Below, piece after piece: positions 21,001-24,875 of a stretch of DNA of 64,000 nucleotides. Source of the stretch: an uncultured Elusimicrobia bacterium (GTDB lineage: Bacteria > Elusimicrobiota > Elusimicrobia > Elusimicrobiales > UBA9959). How positions within the stretch are numbered: position 1 is the first letter of the stretch; each line of letters begins with the position of its first letter. The position numbers and the translations under genes were made by a program. Location of the stretch: contig CAIXBR010000047.1 in the NCBI GenBank assembly GCA_903917735.1, positions 44,670-108,669 of the forward strand, given 5' to 3'. The notes beneath the pieces are model-generated. The model was not told where the DNA came from. It made no database searches and saw nothing but the letters and a program-made list of their open reading frames with translations.

Positions 21001-21253
21001 TCCCGACGAAGCCTCCACCAACGTCAACCGCGCCAGGTTCTATTTCGAGAACCCGGACCTCGGAGAAGTCACTATAAGGATATTCGACATTACGGGCTCC
21101 CTTGTGCGCAGGAACCTGGAATCCGAAGGCGCCAACATAATGTACTGGAACGGCAAGGACCAGAGCGGAGTTCTGGTGAAGGGCGGAGTATACATTTATC
21201 AGATAGAGGCCGCAGACAAGGTGCTCACCGGCACCGTGGTGGTGGCAAAATGA
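3044..21253 (+). CDS. Giant secreted surface protein (~6,069 aa): signal peptide, DUF2341 + LamG/concanavalin-like head, FN3, ~49 tandem Ig-like repeats, FN3, pre-CTD beta-sandwich, T9SS/FlgD-Ig-type C-terminal sorting domain
   Basis: One uninterrupted ORF (track 2999-21253, TTG). I prefer the ATG at 3044, which gives a Sec signal MNCKWSALVLSLFLCLAPEAGA. DUF2341-like motif WKYRQLLTINSS...DGSDIRFT...LPYYIES...TKIWVNIPSI...NNLYLYSGN. FN3-like SIKWSWTDNSSGQYQEDGFRV...PNTQYSRLIAGYN. The repeat motif recurs ~49 times. The C-terminus (IRIFDITGSLVRRNL...MYWNGKDQSGVLVKGGVYIYQIEA...GTVVVAK) fits the Por_Secre_tail/FlgD_ig pattern. Confidence 0.9.
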   Translation: MNCKWSALVLSLFLCLAPEAGALVVYTENSDTQFNAGSYNSTYITGSGLNVNLGLDYYGDAAGFSAPGSNEWFNSAWKYRQLLTINSSNPSPLSNYSVAVTINTQDAISGGRMNADGSDIRFTTAAVSGSAPSLPYYIESGINTAVTKIWVNIPSITAGANNLYLYSGNTSAAAVSGMAGTFTMGDNFNAANGSAPSTATWTNIQSNTPSAGALSDIQSNRLRLLFGSPLNLRYFGLRSAAIYSIGAGKRYHAEVNARASGSDSWSTVTLCPSFYNYSDGQSAWLRFSVKHSAGGATYTVDRKDYGTKATLASGVLGAGFHGVDFLISASSFSVLLDGSQVYGGTNDLTIGSPYIYLEASSASSSLDEFLFDNVSVQSYSPPDPTYTSSGAGQGRRYPSGEFVSQTVDSGAPGTRYLSSDWAAITPSSSSLSMEMRANDTDVALGTFTAVSKGGDPAVYGRYAQYRINLATLDPRYTATVSSVAISYVSPPLAPSGAAGAMLSATSIKWSWTDNSSGQYQEDGFRVMDATGVIKSGSLASGSTYWIETGLIPNTQYSRLIAGYNSSGQGASSAAFRYTLPASPSVGCDKSTGTWLSGTLACTNLAGFGSNGVAYYRYVWTQLATYSAWSGSETQWLSGSLTKSDFTTGNWYLHVRSYNGENTAADAQTYGPYWYDKNAPTITGFSPSSSPWVNTYVTINPSVALADTGGSKLFAVRNNWTGSTSRPYSGDSGWQAWDYSISGNDTASSSFIKSNAGQWYLHIEVQDTAGNIGYSYSGPYKIDKTNPSGSVVINNASDTYTPRKEVTLSLIYSDSESGVKSLRYKNLGGNWSASELPQPTTAWALIDGDGNKQVYLEVTDNAGNTYQTADTINLNSQTSLVGSAISGTASGVMGEPAETFSPRAVLSWTPTGAVLSGKTLSFYFNGSTNTAVTDSQGAASSSFNIPTASGTYVYSVSFSTDGVYSVSSSTGVLTAAQRGVSLITEDVNATSGVNFTAKATLRDFFTNDPITGSAITFSFGSSTKTAFTSAVGVATVTFTAPLLVGIYSYSASYDGSAVYAPKSGASGVGVGLRVTNLSVPGVSAMAQADFYAQATLTDGALPVQGSTITFVFQGYTQTAITNASGVAVSSYTAPASSGTYSYTADFPGDGTYAASSGAAALTVNRRPLSLAGETSQGYVDATFLAHAKLYDGITADRVAGKQIVFVFEGSSAAVTTDSNGAASASFNSGSAPRDSTYYSYFAGDSGYAFADSTATVSIVRRLTSLAASDTTALLSSTFTAIVALKDTSFATPVPISGKLINFSFLGSTQTAITNDLGVASVTYQTGLSTGAYDFYASFAQDGSYLAANDTGTVTMTKRTVVVSAYPWYGFALDSIKPVADLKDGVTGAYIGGQPITFTYNGTPQSTITVASGGTMGKAYAVYTGTGVAGTYSYSVDFPGNSLYSANSNTASITVSQRSVSLAAFPQTAIWSTTFTVTAEFRDGTTNATVNGKLIKITFSTAATNSVTAGAGVATSTFTAPAGTGTFNWLAEFAGDQTYAAASQTGTLTVIRRAPTLSAIAASKYVWDSIILNATFMDGDTPIASIPLSFSFNSSSNTQNTNGSGLATSLAFSSMSAPGNSGYTVQFAGDANYSALSASSTVTVSARPSNISIGPVSSIAGSTVTLTATLIDTNNGTRIMSGKPVSFTLQGSTYGVAAVTNGSGVAQAVFISSTNTGPYTYSATFYGNTNYAGTSSSSTLTVTLRPSVLEMADYYPPASSTFTVSAVLKDYTTGATISTQTVSFLFMTVGKSGVTNALGSAATSYVTISSTMSYPISASYAGNTLYSAASISKIVYPGRRNTALYTSDMNTAVALDTFTVTARLSDYDLGTYIYGATITFSFNSSNYTAFTNSTGTASAVFTAPASTGSYTYSAVFAGTALYNGTTNTSSVLVNRRAITIKASDLTSIPANSSFIASALLTDGVITVSTKTLTFVFTPATPNTKTAVTNVIGVASTTFLSPSSTGTFSYSVSFADGDPLYKPVSASGSVGVVLKNTVLTALDVADAVVGASFVSQAQLLAIEPGGNVPVASTKTVTFSFTTGTVNAITNVVAVATAGFVAPPTVGSYQYTAVFAGDGMYGASSSSGTVTVKRRPVIFSVSVPAGEPYTLSTMTVKANLVDGKTGQPLPDSPLGSGNFPSVKIYFSVSNTTHTIQMDALGVSSTTFYVGIASGTYRYAGTFDGNVSYNASEINDQTVSTVKINPRPTSLQPFSGDGMMMTWGVYTFSGFNASAYILDNLNGNSGISGLNLAFLAQGTTIYGTSLVDPPGRATSDTAFPSIAIAGSYPVQVTFPGNQTYAPSVLLGGVDQSQGKRGFVPVYQSPANIAMDAIQECFPSEDKVISGVAHDGYLGDRPNARPILKGMQVRYRISDTACIHYPDNCPWGTLGAPSYGNINDSYIATATVHAPTNIGYYPIERWFATTDSFYYWEVTEDKRILSVGRRPTTLAAVTDPVLAGAMMPITIKVKLRSTSQSDIGIDGKHVIITFNGGAPQDIVTSGGGFAQYIFTAGLVPGDYTYTAAFAEDTTYNGTVLNPVGNVHVQKNSTALTGTPVTLVPAGNNFIAKATLMITNPDLTQQPGVGRNINFTFPGVADQNNIVTNAQGVAQVTFAAPLTAQNTNFTATLVANTNDNGAVTVAPTHNVQVVLRNTSLTSVAVNPVYILDNFTSTATLVDLDAPLNVPPLNVDAWMTGRTINFNLKRGGTEGDTGNQAATTVASPLGRATKVFTSPLESGNKSYTASFAATSLYAAVTAADAGVTVLKRTTVLSAVEPTTPTNTIFTATVTLKDNTPTQGSPTLMGVNIHVPVKFVYNGVTNYGTTNDNGVATAVFTAQAVANNYTCDITYEGNTTYATSNLSLPVHVIKRLTSISAVDIINQPAGATFPAKATLTDDITGAPISAAHIDFVFNLVNSDFGTTDISGIATTMFTAPLSTGNYNYTACYPGDNTYAGKCDNTNTVQVNVASTTLSIPNAGILVNNLFSPVATLKGKESGVGVSGKPVRFTYAGVLKGTPLTAAGGTVAQAFTPISTGTFELDVNFDGDTAFYASVGTATIVVSTRVSGITMTNVITTVQAVFNATATLTDLSPVPAIVSGRRVNFLFNGVTISSATTDSVGVATTSFTAPPGFGSYPITATFPGDPIYGPSNTATASVTVSKRATQLTVLGNPATTALQVFTATATLKWAGGDVAGKVVSFTYHGVKLANTTEGSGKYYVDFDAGASSGPWQIDAAFEDGADAAYETSSGTNTITVGRRNCVVIPNNISMSVYDTFNATVTFKDVASSSTPAGKYPKVAFTPTWIASTGTATATNGAGIAYFQNQTAPASSGNYKVESWFPGDATYFPSISSTATVKVLQRPTQLSLADVPNAMIDQIFTATATLKNDINFLDNRYVLFTFETRTFNAKTTAGIAVATFTVTLSTGASRIDAIFNEDASYSASNASSATVTAAMRPTFLSTAATTVVADKDFIATATLRDLPVGFPSASLNVATQTISFLFNGTTKTAATNALGIATVTFTANVSTGSWPVTVTYAGSWKYVGSSAATIPLTVIQRATSLVSSGNVASPALDVFTDTVTLQDLDNLPLDAQSLRFVFSGSTFTKVTAGGGIAASTFSAPASYGTYYVNVYFDGNTKYSSSTVAITLTDAQRLTAIALSSPSVKAWDFFKTTATITDLNTPSLYKVSGATVTFNFGAPWGASTSALTDSVGLATAPYQSTGTAGNYTLTGTFAGNATYASTTTVLTFYVAKRSGYVTGVNISTRVFDLFTASATFYDSITSAPVSGRPIKFWLQGTVSTPSAPTNAFGVAAVTFTAPASSGTYNLSIWSDGITDLTYNQSSVYISSVTLARRDSSIALTGPTNAIIASTFTPTGIMYDSVNSAAIPSKTISFLFQNTTVPVTTNGSGLASTGYTANLSSGPYPLQASFAGDASYNPSVSTKSVNMLSYPTLLAAPTITVTINEVLTATATLSDYLANTVASKALVFYFNASSFTAVTNTLGVSYSTYSAPVSSGVYQMPLSFAGDAIYASTSTYIPVTVKQRIPSITPNPVSVQALDIFTATATLTDARVPATKLSGQTVIFEFIVNPTTFTSTGVTDPSGVATATFTATAPSGAYQLRTTFSGNVTYSSGSAYGTVTVLARPSKLMQDNSTAPIGEVFRTTATLVDAQTLTPISSTKTITFTYGASSAAFTDAGGKASVAFTAPNSSGTYPMSSLFAGDLTYDTSASTATLTVNRRPLSLAAPDILGIIDEVFKATVTVTDTLNSMPVSGRNAVFIFQGSTFTVPTNGSGVAVSTFLAPSSSGTYYAAINFDDGDARFLPNGTTAQVLVDRRPSAVNPDPVTARAAQVFTATASLVDVLNPGFKVAGGELAFVFSGSTSTAITGPDGVAVSTFMAPPSSGTAQISVSFSGNSRYKASSGSAAVTVLRRLSLLTIAPFSVKAMDVITATATLTDKVSGAVAPGRPVTFTFSTSSFVSATDADGIAVSTFSGPVSSGTYLVNANFDGDTVYDAATATGTITVIQRPTAIALPNSSAFPFEQLIATATLTDDATLGAIQGRGLSFILNGVSTEAVTSGVGVATAAYTPPSNFGGYTISATFPGDASYAFASSSGTVSVMRRPTAISALNNAAAAMDVFTASVTLSDVRFSTAVAGKEVTFTFEGKSSTAATGPDGTAFASFSAPVSSGVYFYQAQFDGDSVYDVSSSTGAVAVSTRLTRIVVKDTNANVGEPFKLTALLIDPAKEALPGYDVANVQMKFVFKDRNNIKIDEGLAMTNELGIATITFSGPGLPDVYYYSASFAGNYTYSASSATAMVKVGLLTSLVAFDVETIALENFPVKAKLTDYLSTTLDDKKVRFRFIGAAGSGMTNAGGDSGIAASSFTAPSSSGTYFYNAYFDGDSIYSASNATATINVKLRPAAIVPSPVATFAYSSFTATVLLTNILSPYAAIGGRAVDISFNGDTVATVTDPASGAASAVFFIPVSSGTYKYYARFAGDDTYDAASNTGTVTVQLRSTSMLPYSVTNLTANSTFTARVELRDNLSLPIEGLSVDLLFGTQFGVGATNAQGAAEAVFTAPASSGVYTFTGNFYGDERYAGSTANGNVTVGPRPTLVFTSAVSSKLNSPLGLSARLVDVAQQTGIGGQLLSFYFEGSTLSAVTDSFGTSTVTFSSPLSTGAYSYEASFVSDGITYISSSSSAPVTIALNLTKLDAKSGIGIKIYEPLPVEATLKDSLGLNLPGLPVTFSFAGSTTTSITSEVGTATAAFATTGLASTGTYNYTADYPGDTLYVASSDTSNVVTVSRRDSLLLAQNATTPPGKYFTAEARFYDNVNGSYFMGAPIAGKTVIFELHNSTFTTIRSAITSALGISTFTFTAPVSTGTFLLTARFAESDPVYLSALSSSTITVLLDDGTGAIKTKLKLDPASAYITKVFVASGTLTATDVPVTAKTVLFEFFNGIATYTAAGFTNSIGLATAAFTAPIASGTYNMTASFAGNMDFSAATGTSTLTANRYPDSLTAQTAAALSGEDFPAKAVLRDDLALAAISGKTVTFTFFNGFSTVTRTAVTSSTGSAETTFTSPATPGNYFYTASFAGDASYVGSMDSASILIASKGSSTFLIGYEVMVGTGEVFAASATLTSKGLPVQGKAITLSFQGLLRVSTTNADGLASSTFTAPASSGTIAYQASFGGDPLYNATLATAPVSVILRVQPEQPSFKAQVTSTSVTLAWTPVTTDQNHQVTGYEVNTAAELRPQTWNTQGFVSSTATTLGYTCTVDSNTATYLKITTKLGDNQESPTSLIVEVPSKADDPARVPNYYYMNAGTSANDWAAWVKIPGQVMNKVSSATFTMDVAKVNNPAFLAAYTVTASGDQKTLSSDLKTADRKGVRLTISYPKSGTGVSAASGQLAMYWFNGVEWVKLGGQIDVLTGEVYTYSRVLGQFAVKAAPMASSFTLTKVAPRIFSPDEASTNVNRARFYFENPDLGEVTIRIFDITGSLVRRNLESEGANIMYWNGKDQSGVLVKGGVYIYQIEAADKVLTGTVVVAK
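5650..20230 (+). repeat. Array of ~49 diverged tandem Ig-like coding repeats (~95-100 aa, ~290 nt each) inside the giant CDS
   Basis: I counted 49 occurrences of the recurring motif [ST]-F-[TS]-A-P-x3-G-x-Y-x-Y-x-A-x-F-x-G-[DN]-x-x-Y-x-x-S, each followed by T-V-x-x-R-[PR]. Examples: TVTFTAPLLVGIYSYSASYDGSAVYA, AVSTFLAPSSSGTYYAAINF. The repeats are diverged at nucleotide level (not identical DNA repeats). Confidence 0.8.
20966..21250 (+). other. CTD (T9SS-type / FlgD Ig-like sorting domain) of the giant protein
   Basis: FTLTKVAPRIFSPDEASTNVNRARFYFENPDLGEVTIRIFDITGSLVRRNLESEGANIMYWNGKDQSGVLVKGGVYIYQIEAADKVLTGTVVVAK. Same pattern as the C-termini at 29385-29681 and 42588-42851. Confidence 0.7.
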
Positions 21254-21281
21254 CCGGTTTTGCGCGCAGTAATAGGAAAAT

Positions 21282-21629
21282 ATGAGGAACATCGTTTCTA
21301 CTTTCTGTCTTTCCGCCCTTCTGGCGGCCCCCTTGTCGGCGGCTTTCACGCTGACTACGGTGTCTCCGCGCATCTTCAGCCCCAACGCCGGCAACAATTT
21401 AGTGAACCGCGCGTGGTTCCACTACACTAACCCCGACTCCTGCGAAGTCACCATCAGGATCTTCGCCCTCAACGGCTCGCTGGTGCGCCGGAATCTAGAT
21501 TACGAAGCCGGCATCATGTACTGGAACGGCAAGGACCAGAACGGCGCAATGGTAAAGGGCGGTATATATATTTATCAGATAGAGGCCGCAGACAAGGTGC
21601 TCACCGGCACCGTGGTGGTAGCAAAATGA
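21282..21629 (+). CDS. Cargo-less minigene: Sec signal peptide fused directly to a T9SS-type CTD (115 aa)
   Basis: The signal peptide MRNIVSTFCLSALLAAPLSAA resembles that of the downstream PorV-like gene (MKNILTAFCLSALLGAPARAA). The rest is ~3/4 identical by eye to the giant protein CTD. The last 60 nt (21570-21629) match 21194-21253 with a single mismatch. The stop overlaps the next start (ATGA). Confidence 0.75.
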   Translation: MRNIVSTFCLSALLAAPLSAAFTLTTVSPRIFSPNAGNNLVNRAWFHYTNPDSCEVTIRIFALNGSLVRRNLDYEAGIMYWNGKDQNGAMVKGGIYIYQIEAADKVLTGTVVVAK

Positions 21630-23287
21630 AGAACATTCTTACCGCTTTCTGCCTGTCCGCCCTGCTGGGGGCGCCCGCCCGCGCCGCTTTCGAGGATGTG
21701 GACGTAGGAGCCAGGGCCACAGCCATGTCCGGGGCTTACGCCGCGCAGTCCGAGGGCGTCTCCTCCATTTTCTACAATCCCGCCGGCATCATAGGCATGA
21801 CCCGCTACGAGGCGGCCCTCACGCAGGAAAAACTTTACATGGGCCTTACGGACGGCAGTTCCCTTTCCCGCGGGAGCCTGGCCCTCGGCGCCCCGCTGCT
21901 ATTACGCGACTCCTATTGGGGTAACGTGGCTTTCTCCTGGGACACGCTGAGCCTGGACAGCCTTTACAGCGAATCGCGCATGCGGCTCGGCTACGCCTAC
22001 CCCCTGAAGGAAAATATCTGGGCCGGCCTGGCCGTGGCCCGCATGGGCGTAACCTACGGCAGCGACGCCTACACCGCCATCAACCCCGTGCTGACCGGCG
22101 CCACCGGGAAATCCGCCATAGGGCTCGACTTGGGCATCATCTACAGCCTGGAGTCCGTTGACTTGGGACTTTCCATACAGAACGCCAACGAGCCGGACCT
22201 GGGCGTAAAATATCCCAACAAGGTGGACCGGAAGATCAGCCTGGGCCTGGCGCTCAAAAAAGAATCTTTCACCTGGGACCTGGACCTGGCCGTAGCCGGC
22301 AAGGACCTCCGGCTGAAGACCGGCGCCGAGATCCCGCTGATGTCGGAAACCTTCAGCAGCCGGGTGCAGGCCCGCGGCGGGTTCAGCCTGGGCTCGCGCG
22401 ACTACCGCGCCGCCTCGGCAGGCTTCGGCTACAACGGCGGGACTTACCGGGTAGATTATTCCTTCATATACCCGCTTAGCGGCATTTCCGGGACCATGGG
22501 TTCGCACCAGTTGGGGCTTGTGGTGGCCTGGGGGGAACCGCGCGGCCCCTTGGCGGACAGGAAAGATAAGGAAGAGGAGCGGAAAAAGGACAAGAAGGAC
22601 GAGGCTGGCAAGGGCGGCCCCGCCGTCCCCGCCCCGCCCATAATAATGCCTAAGACCGTGCCGACCAAGTCCGACATAACCACGGCCGCCAGAATGCAGG
22701 CTGACGCCAGGACCACCATGCGGCGCGGCGCTTACGGCGAAGCGGCTTCAACACTTAAAAAAGCGGACGAGCTCCTTATGATGACCGACCCCGAGGTCAA
22801 GGACTCGCTGCGCAAAATGGCGGGAGTCAGCATGATACTGCCCAGCGCCGAGAACCAAGATGAGCGGGACGACCTGATCCGCAAGGCCATAAACCGCTAC
22901 GCCGACCAGAACACGGACGCGGTGCTCTACATCACTTACGCCCGCCAGAAATGGCCGAAAGACATAGCCATCACAAGGTTGTATAATGTGATAGCCAAGG
23001 AGTTCCCTGAAACCGCTTCGGGCATGAGGATACTCCCTGACATAACTATTATCGACCAGCTGCTGCAGGACGCGCTGGACTTCATCAGGACCGGCCGCTA
23101 CATACAGGCCATTTCTACCCTGCAGAGGGTGCTGCAGCTCGAGCCGGACAACATACCGGCTCTCATCAGGATGGGATCGGCTTACTGGGCCATGGATAAG
23201 AAAGATGTAGCGCGGAAAAACTGGGAAAGGGTTCTGGAACTTGATCCAAAAAACAAGGAAGTTCTCCAGTTCATGAAAATGAATTAA
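21626..23287 (+). CDS. PorV/PorQ-like (FadL-superfamily) outer-membrane beta-barrel fused to a K/E-rich linker and a C-terminal TPR domain
   Basis: Signal peptide. N-terminal motif GARATAMSGAYAAQSEGVSSIFYNPAGI. Alternating beta-strand pattern up to ...YRVDYSFIYPLSG..GSHQLGLVVAW. Then DRKDKEEERKKDKKDE and a Pro-rich linker. TPR-like repeats at the C-terminus (GRYIQAISTLQRVLQLEPDNIPALIRMGSAYWAMDKKDVARKNWERVLELDPKN). Confidence 0.7.
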   Translation: MKNILTAFCLSALLGAPARAAFEDVDVGARATAMSGAYAAQSEGVSSIFYNPAGIIGMTRYEAALTQEKLYMGLTDGSSLSRGSLALGAPLLLRDSYWGNVAFSWDTLSLDSLYSESRMRLGYAYPLKENIWAGLAVARMGVTYGSDAYTAINPVLTGATGKSAIGLDLGIIYSLESVDLGLSIQNANEPDLGVKYPNKVDRKISLGLALKKESFTWDLDLAVAGKDLRLKTGAEIPLMSETFSSRVQARGGFSLGSRDYRAASAGFGYNGGTYRVDYSFIYPLSGISGTMGSHQLGLVVAWGEPRGPLADRKDKEEERKKDKKDEAGKGGPAVPAPPIIMPKTVPTKSDITTAARMQADARTTMRRGAYGEAASTLKKADELLMMTDPEVKDSLRKMAGVSMILPSAENQDERDDLIRKAINRYADQNTDAVLYITYARQKWPKDIAITRLYNVIAKEFPETASGMRILPDITIIDQLLQDALDFIRTGRYIQAISTLQRVLQLEPDNIPALIRMGSAYWAMDKKDVARKNWERVLELDPKNKEVLQFMKMN

Positions 23288-23301
23288 CCAAGGCGCAGCG
23301 C

Positions 23302-23323
23302 ACGGCCGGATATTTATCCGGCC
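23302..23323 (+). terminator. Perfect GC-rich hairpin (CGGCCGGAT-attt-ATCCGGCCG) followed by a T-rich tract; possible attenuator between the barrel gene and the motor genes
   Basis: Read directly in the 75-nt intergenic gap. The T-run (tgttgctttatttt) starts ~8 nt after the stem, so it is not a textbook intrinsic terminator. Confidence 0.3.
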
Positions 23324-23365
23324 GGGGCCGTTGTTGCTTTATTTTGCGGAAGGGATGGAAACTTG

Positions 23366-24817
23366 ATGAAAATACGAAACTACTTTATAATAGCGCTGTT
23401 GTCTGCCGCGGCCCTGCCCGGCATTTATGGCACAGCGTCCGGACAGTCCATAGACGCCCTCCGCTCGAAAGTGGCACTGGAAGGACAGATAGAGGAAAGG
23501 CTCCGCGCCATGCTCTCCTCCTACCTCAATACCAAAGATGTGGCGGTCGCAGCCAAGGTTAACCTGCTGGTAAAAAAAGCCGAGGGGGACCAGGGCAACG
23601 GCGTACGCAAATGGGACGAGAAGGAAGAACTGATACTCCCCGGAGTCCCGGCCGCTGCCTCCATGACCAAGGACGCCTCGGCCGGGAAGAGCGCCGAGAC
23701 CGCGAAAAAGCAGGTGCGCATCGGGGTATCCAGCGTGAACATCTGGATAATAGTGGGCAAGCAGATCCCCAAGGACCAGGAAGCCAAGATGAAAAAGCTG
23801 GTCTCCGACGCCCTTGACCTGGATACGGAAGCCGGAGACACGATCATTGTCGAAAGCGCGCCCCCGGAAAAGGCCGCCCGCGCGCTCAATATAGGCGCCA
23901 CCGTCGCCCTTATCTGCCTGGCCGTGCTGGCAGTTTTCCTTTACGGGCCCTTCCGCGGTTTTCTGAAGCACCTCAACGACAATCTGGCGGCCCTGGCCGC
24001 CGCGAAGAAGGGCCCGGCCGAACACAAGGCCGCGGGCGGCGGAGACGTTACCCTCGGGGGGGACGAAGGCGGAGGGGAAACCACCATGTCCGGCGCGCTG
24101 AGTATCGCCGGCGGGGGGGGAGGCGCGGCTTCGGTGCTTACCTTCGATTCCGGCGAGAACGTGCCGCTGGACAAGTTCGTGACCAAGGACAACGTCGAAG
24201 ACCTGATGCTGATACTCTACGACGAACCTCCGGAAGTCATAGCCCGGGTGGCGCAGCGTATCCCCCCGAAACTGGCCTTCAGCGCTATCCCTAAATACAA
24301 GATGAAGGAAGTGCTGGAACAGTTCCTGAAGCGCGAGTTCGATGACCCCGAAAAGATCAAGAACCTGATGAGCAGGATAAAGGACAGGATGGCCGGCAGC
24401 TTCGGCGGCGAGACGCGCCTCGGCAACCTGATGCAGATAATGGACAAAAAGTCGCAGGAGAGCACGCTGGCCTTCCTGAGGGAAAAAGACGCCGCGTTCG
24501 CGGCCGCGGTCGAGACCCACTTCTTCAAGTTCGAGGACCTGCTCCGCTACGACGAGATGGCCATGCGAAGGGTCTTCCGCAAGGCCGGCGCCGAGCCGTT
24601 CGCCCGCTGTCTCAGGAACTGCGACAAGCCGACCGCGGAAGCTTTCGCCGAGATGCTGGGCCCCGCCATAAGGGACCTGGTGGCGGCGCGCATGCAGAAC
24701 ATGATGGTGGCCGGCGACACCAACGATTCGGAACTGACCATACTGAACGCGGTTAACACGCTGGCGGCCAAGGGGTTAATACTGCCGCTGGCGGACGTGA
24801 AGCAGACCAAAGTCTGA
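23366..24817 (+). CDS. Membrane-anchored FliG-like protein: N-terminal signal/TM + FliF/YscJ-like ring-building periplasmic domain + TM + Gly-rich linker + FliG middle and C-terminal (torque) domains
   Basis: ATG at 23366 (track TTG at 23363). N-terminal hydrophobic segment IIALLSAAALPGIYG. RBM-like motifs ALEGQIEERLRAMLSSYL..VAVAAKVNLLV and VNIWIIVGKQIPKDQEAKMKKLVSDALDLDTEAGDTIIVESAPP (compare FliF ALEGEL..TI..ARVHL and SVAVVV...lv..avGfd..RGD.v.V...pF). TM IGATVALICLAVLAVFLYGPF. FliG_M-like DEPPEVIARVAQRIPPKLA (EHPQ region) and GGETRLGNLMQIMDKKSQESTLAFLREKD. FliG_C signature HFFKFEDLLRYDEMAMRRVFRKAG (compare MFxFEDI..LDDRsIQrVLREV). C-terminal helix ELTILNAVNTLAAKGLILPL. Confidence 0.65.
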   Translation: MKIRNYFIIALLSAAALPGIYGTASGQSIDALRSKVALEGQIEERLRAMLSSYLNTKDVAVAAKVNLLVKKAEGDQGNGVRKWDEKEELILPGVPAAASMTKDASAGKSAETAKKQVRIGVSSVNIWIIVGKQIPKDQEAKMKKLVSDALDLDTEAGDTIIVESAPPEKAARALNIGATVALICLAVLAVFLYGPFRGFLKHLNDNLAALAAAKKGPAEHKAAGGGDVTLGGDEGGGETTMSGALSIAGGGGGAASVLTFDSGENVPLDKFVTKDNVEDLMLILYDEPPEVIARVAQRIPPKLAFSAIPKYKMKEVLEQFLKREFDDPEKIKNLMSRIKDRMAGSFGGETRLGNLMQIMDKKSQESTLAFLREKDAAFAAAVETHFFKFEDLLRYDEMAMRRVFRKAGAEPFARCLRNCDKPTAEAFAEMLGPAIRDLVAARMQNMMVAGDTNDSELTILNAVNTLAAKGLILPLADVKQTKV

Positions 24818-24875
24818 CCGCGCCGGCCCCAAGGCGGCAGCGCGGCGGGGCAGGCTATTTTAAGGAGGAACTTCA

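Noticed and set aside
21250-21285. 11-codon ORF MTGFARSNRKI between the giant gene and the minigene
   Set aside because: It is too short and looks like the decayed remnant of the duplicated ATGA start. It is reported only as evidence for the duplication.
23339-24520. 393-aa minus-strand ORF antisense to the FliF/FliG-like gene
   Set aside because: The sense frame has a signal peptide, a TM and FliG motifs. The antisense translation has no recognisable features.
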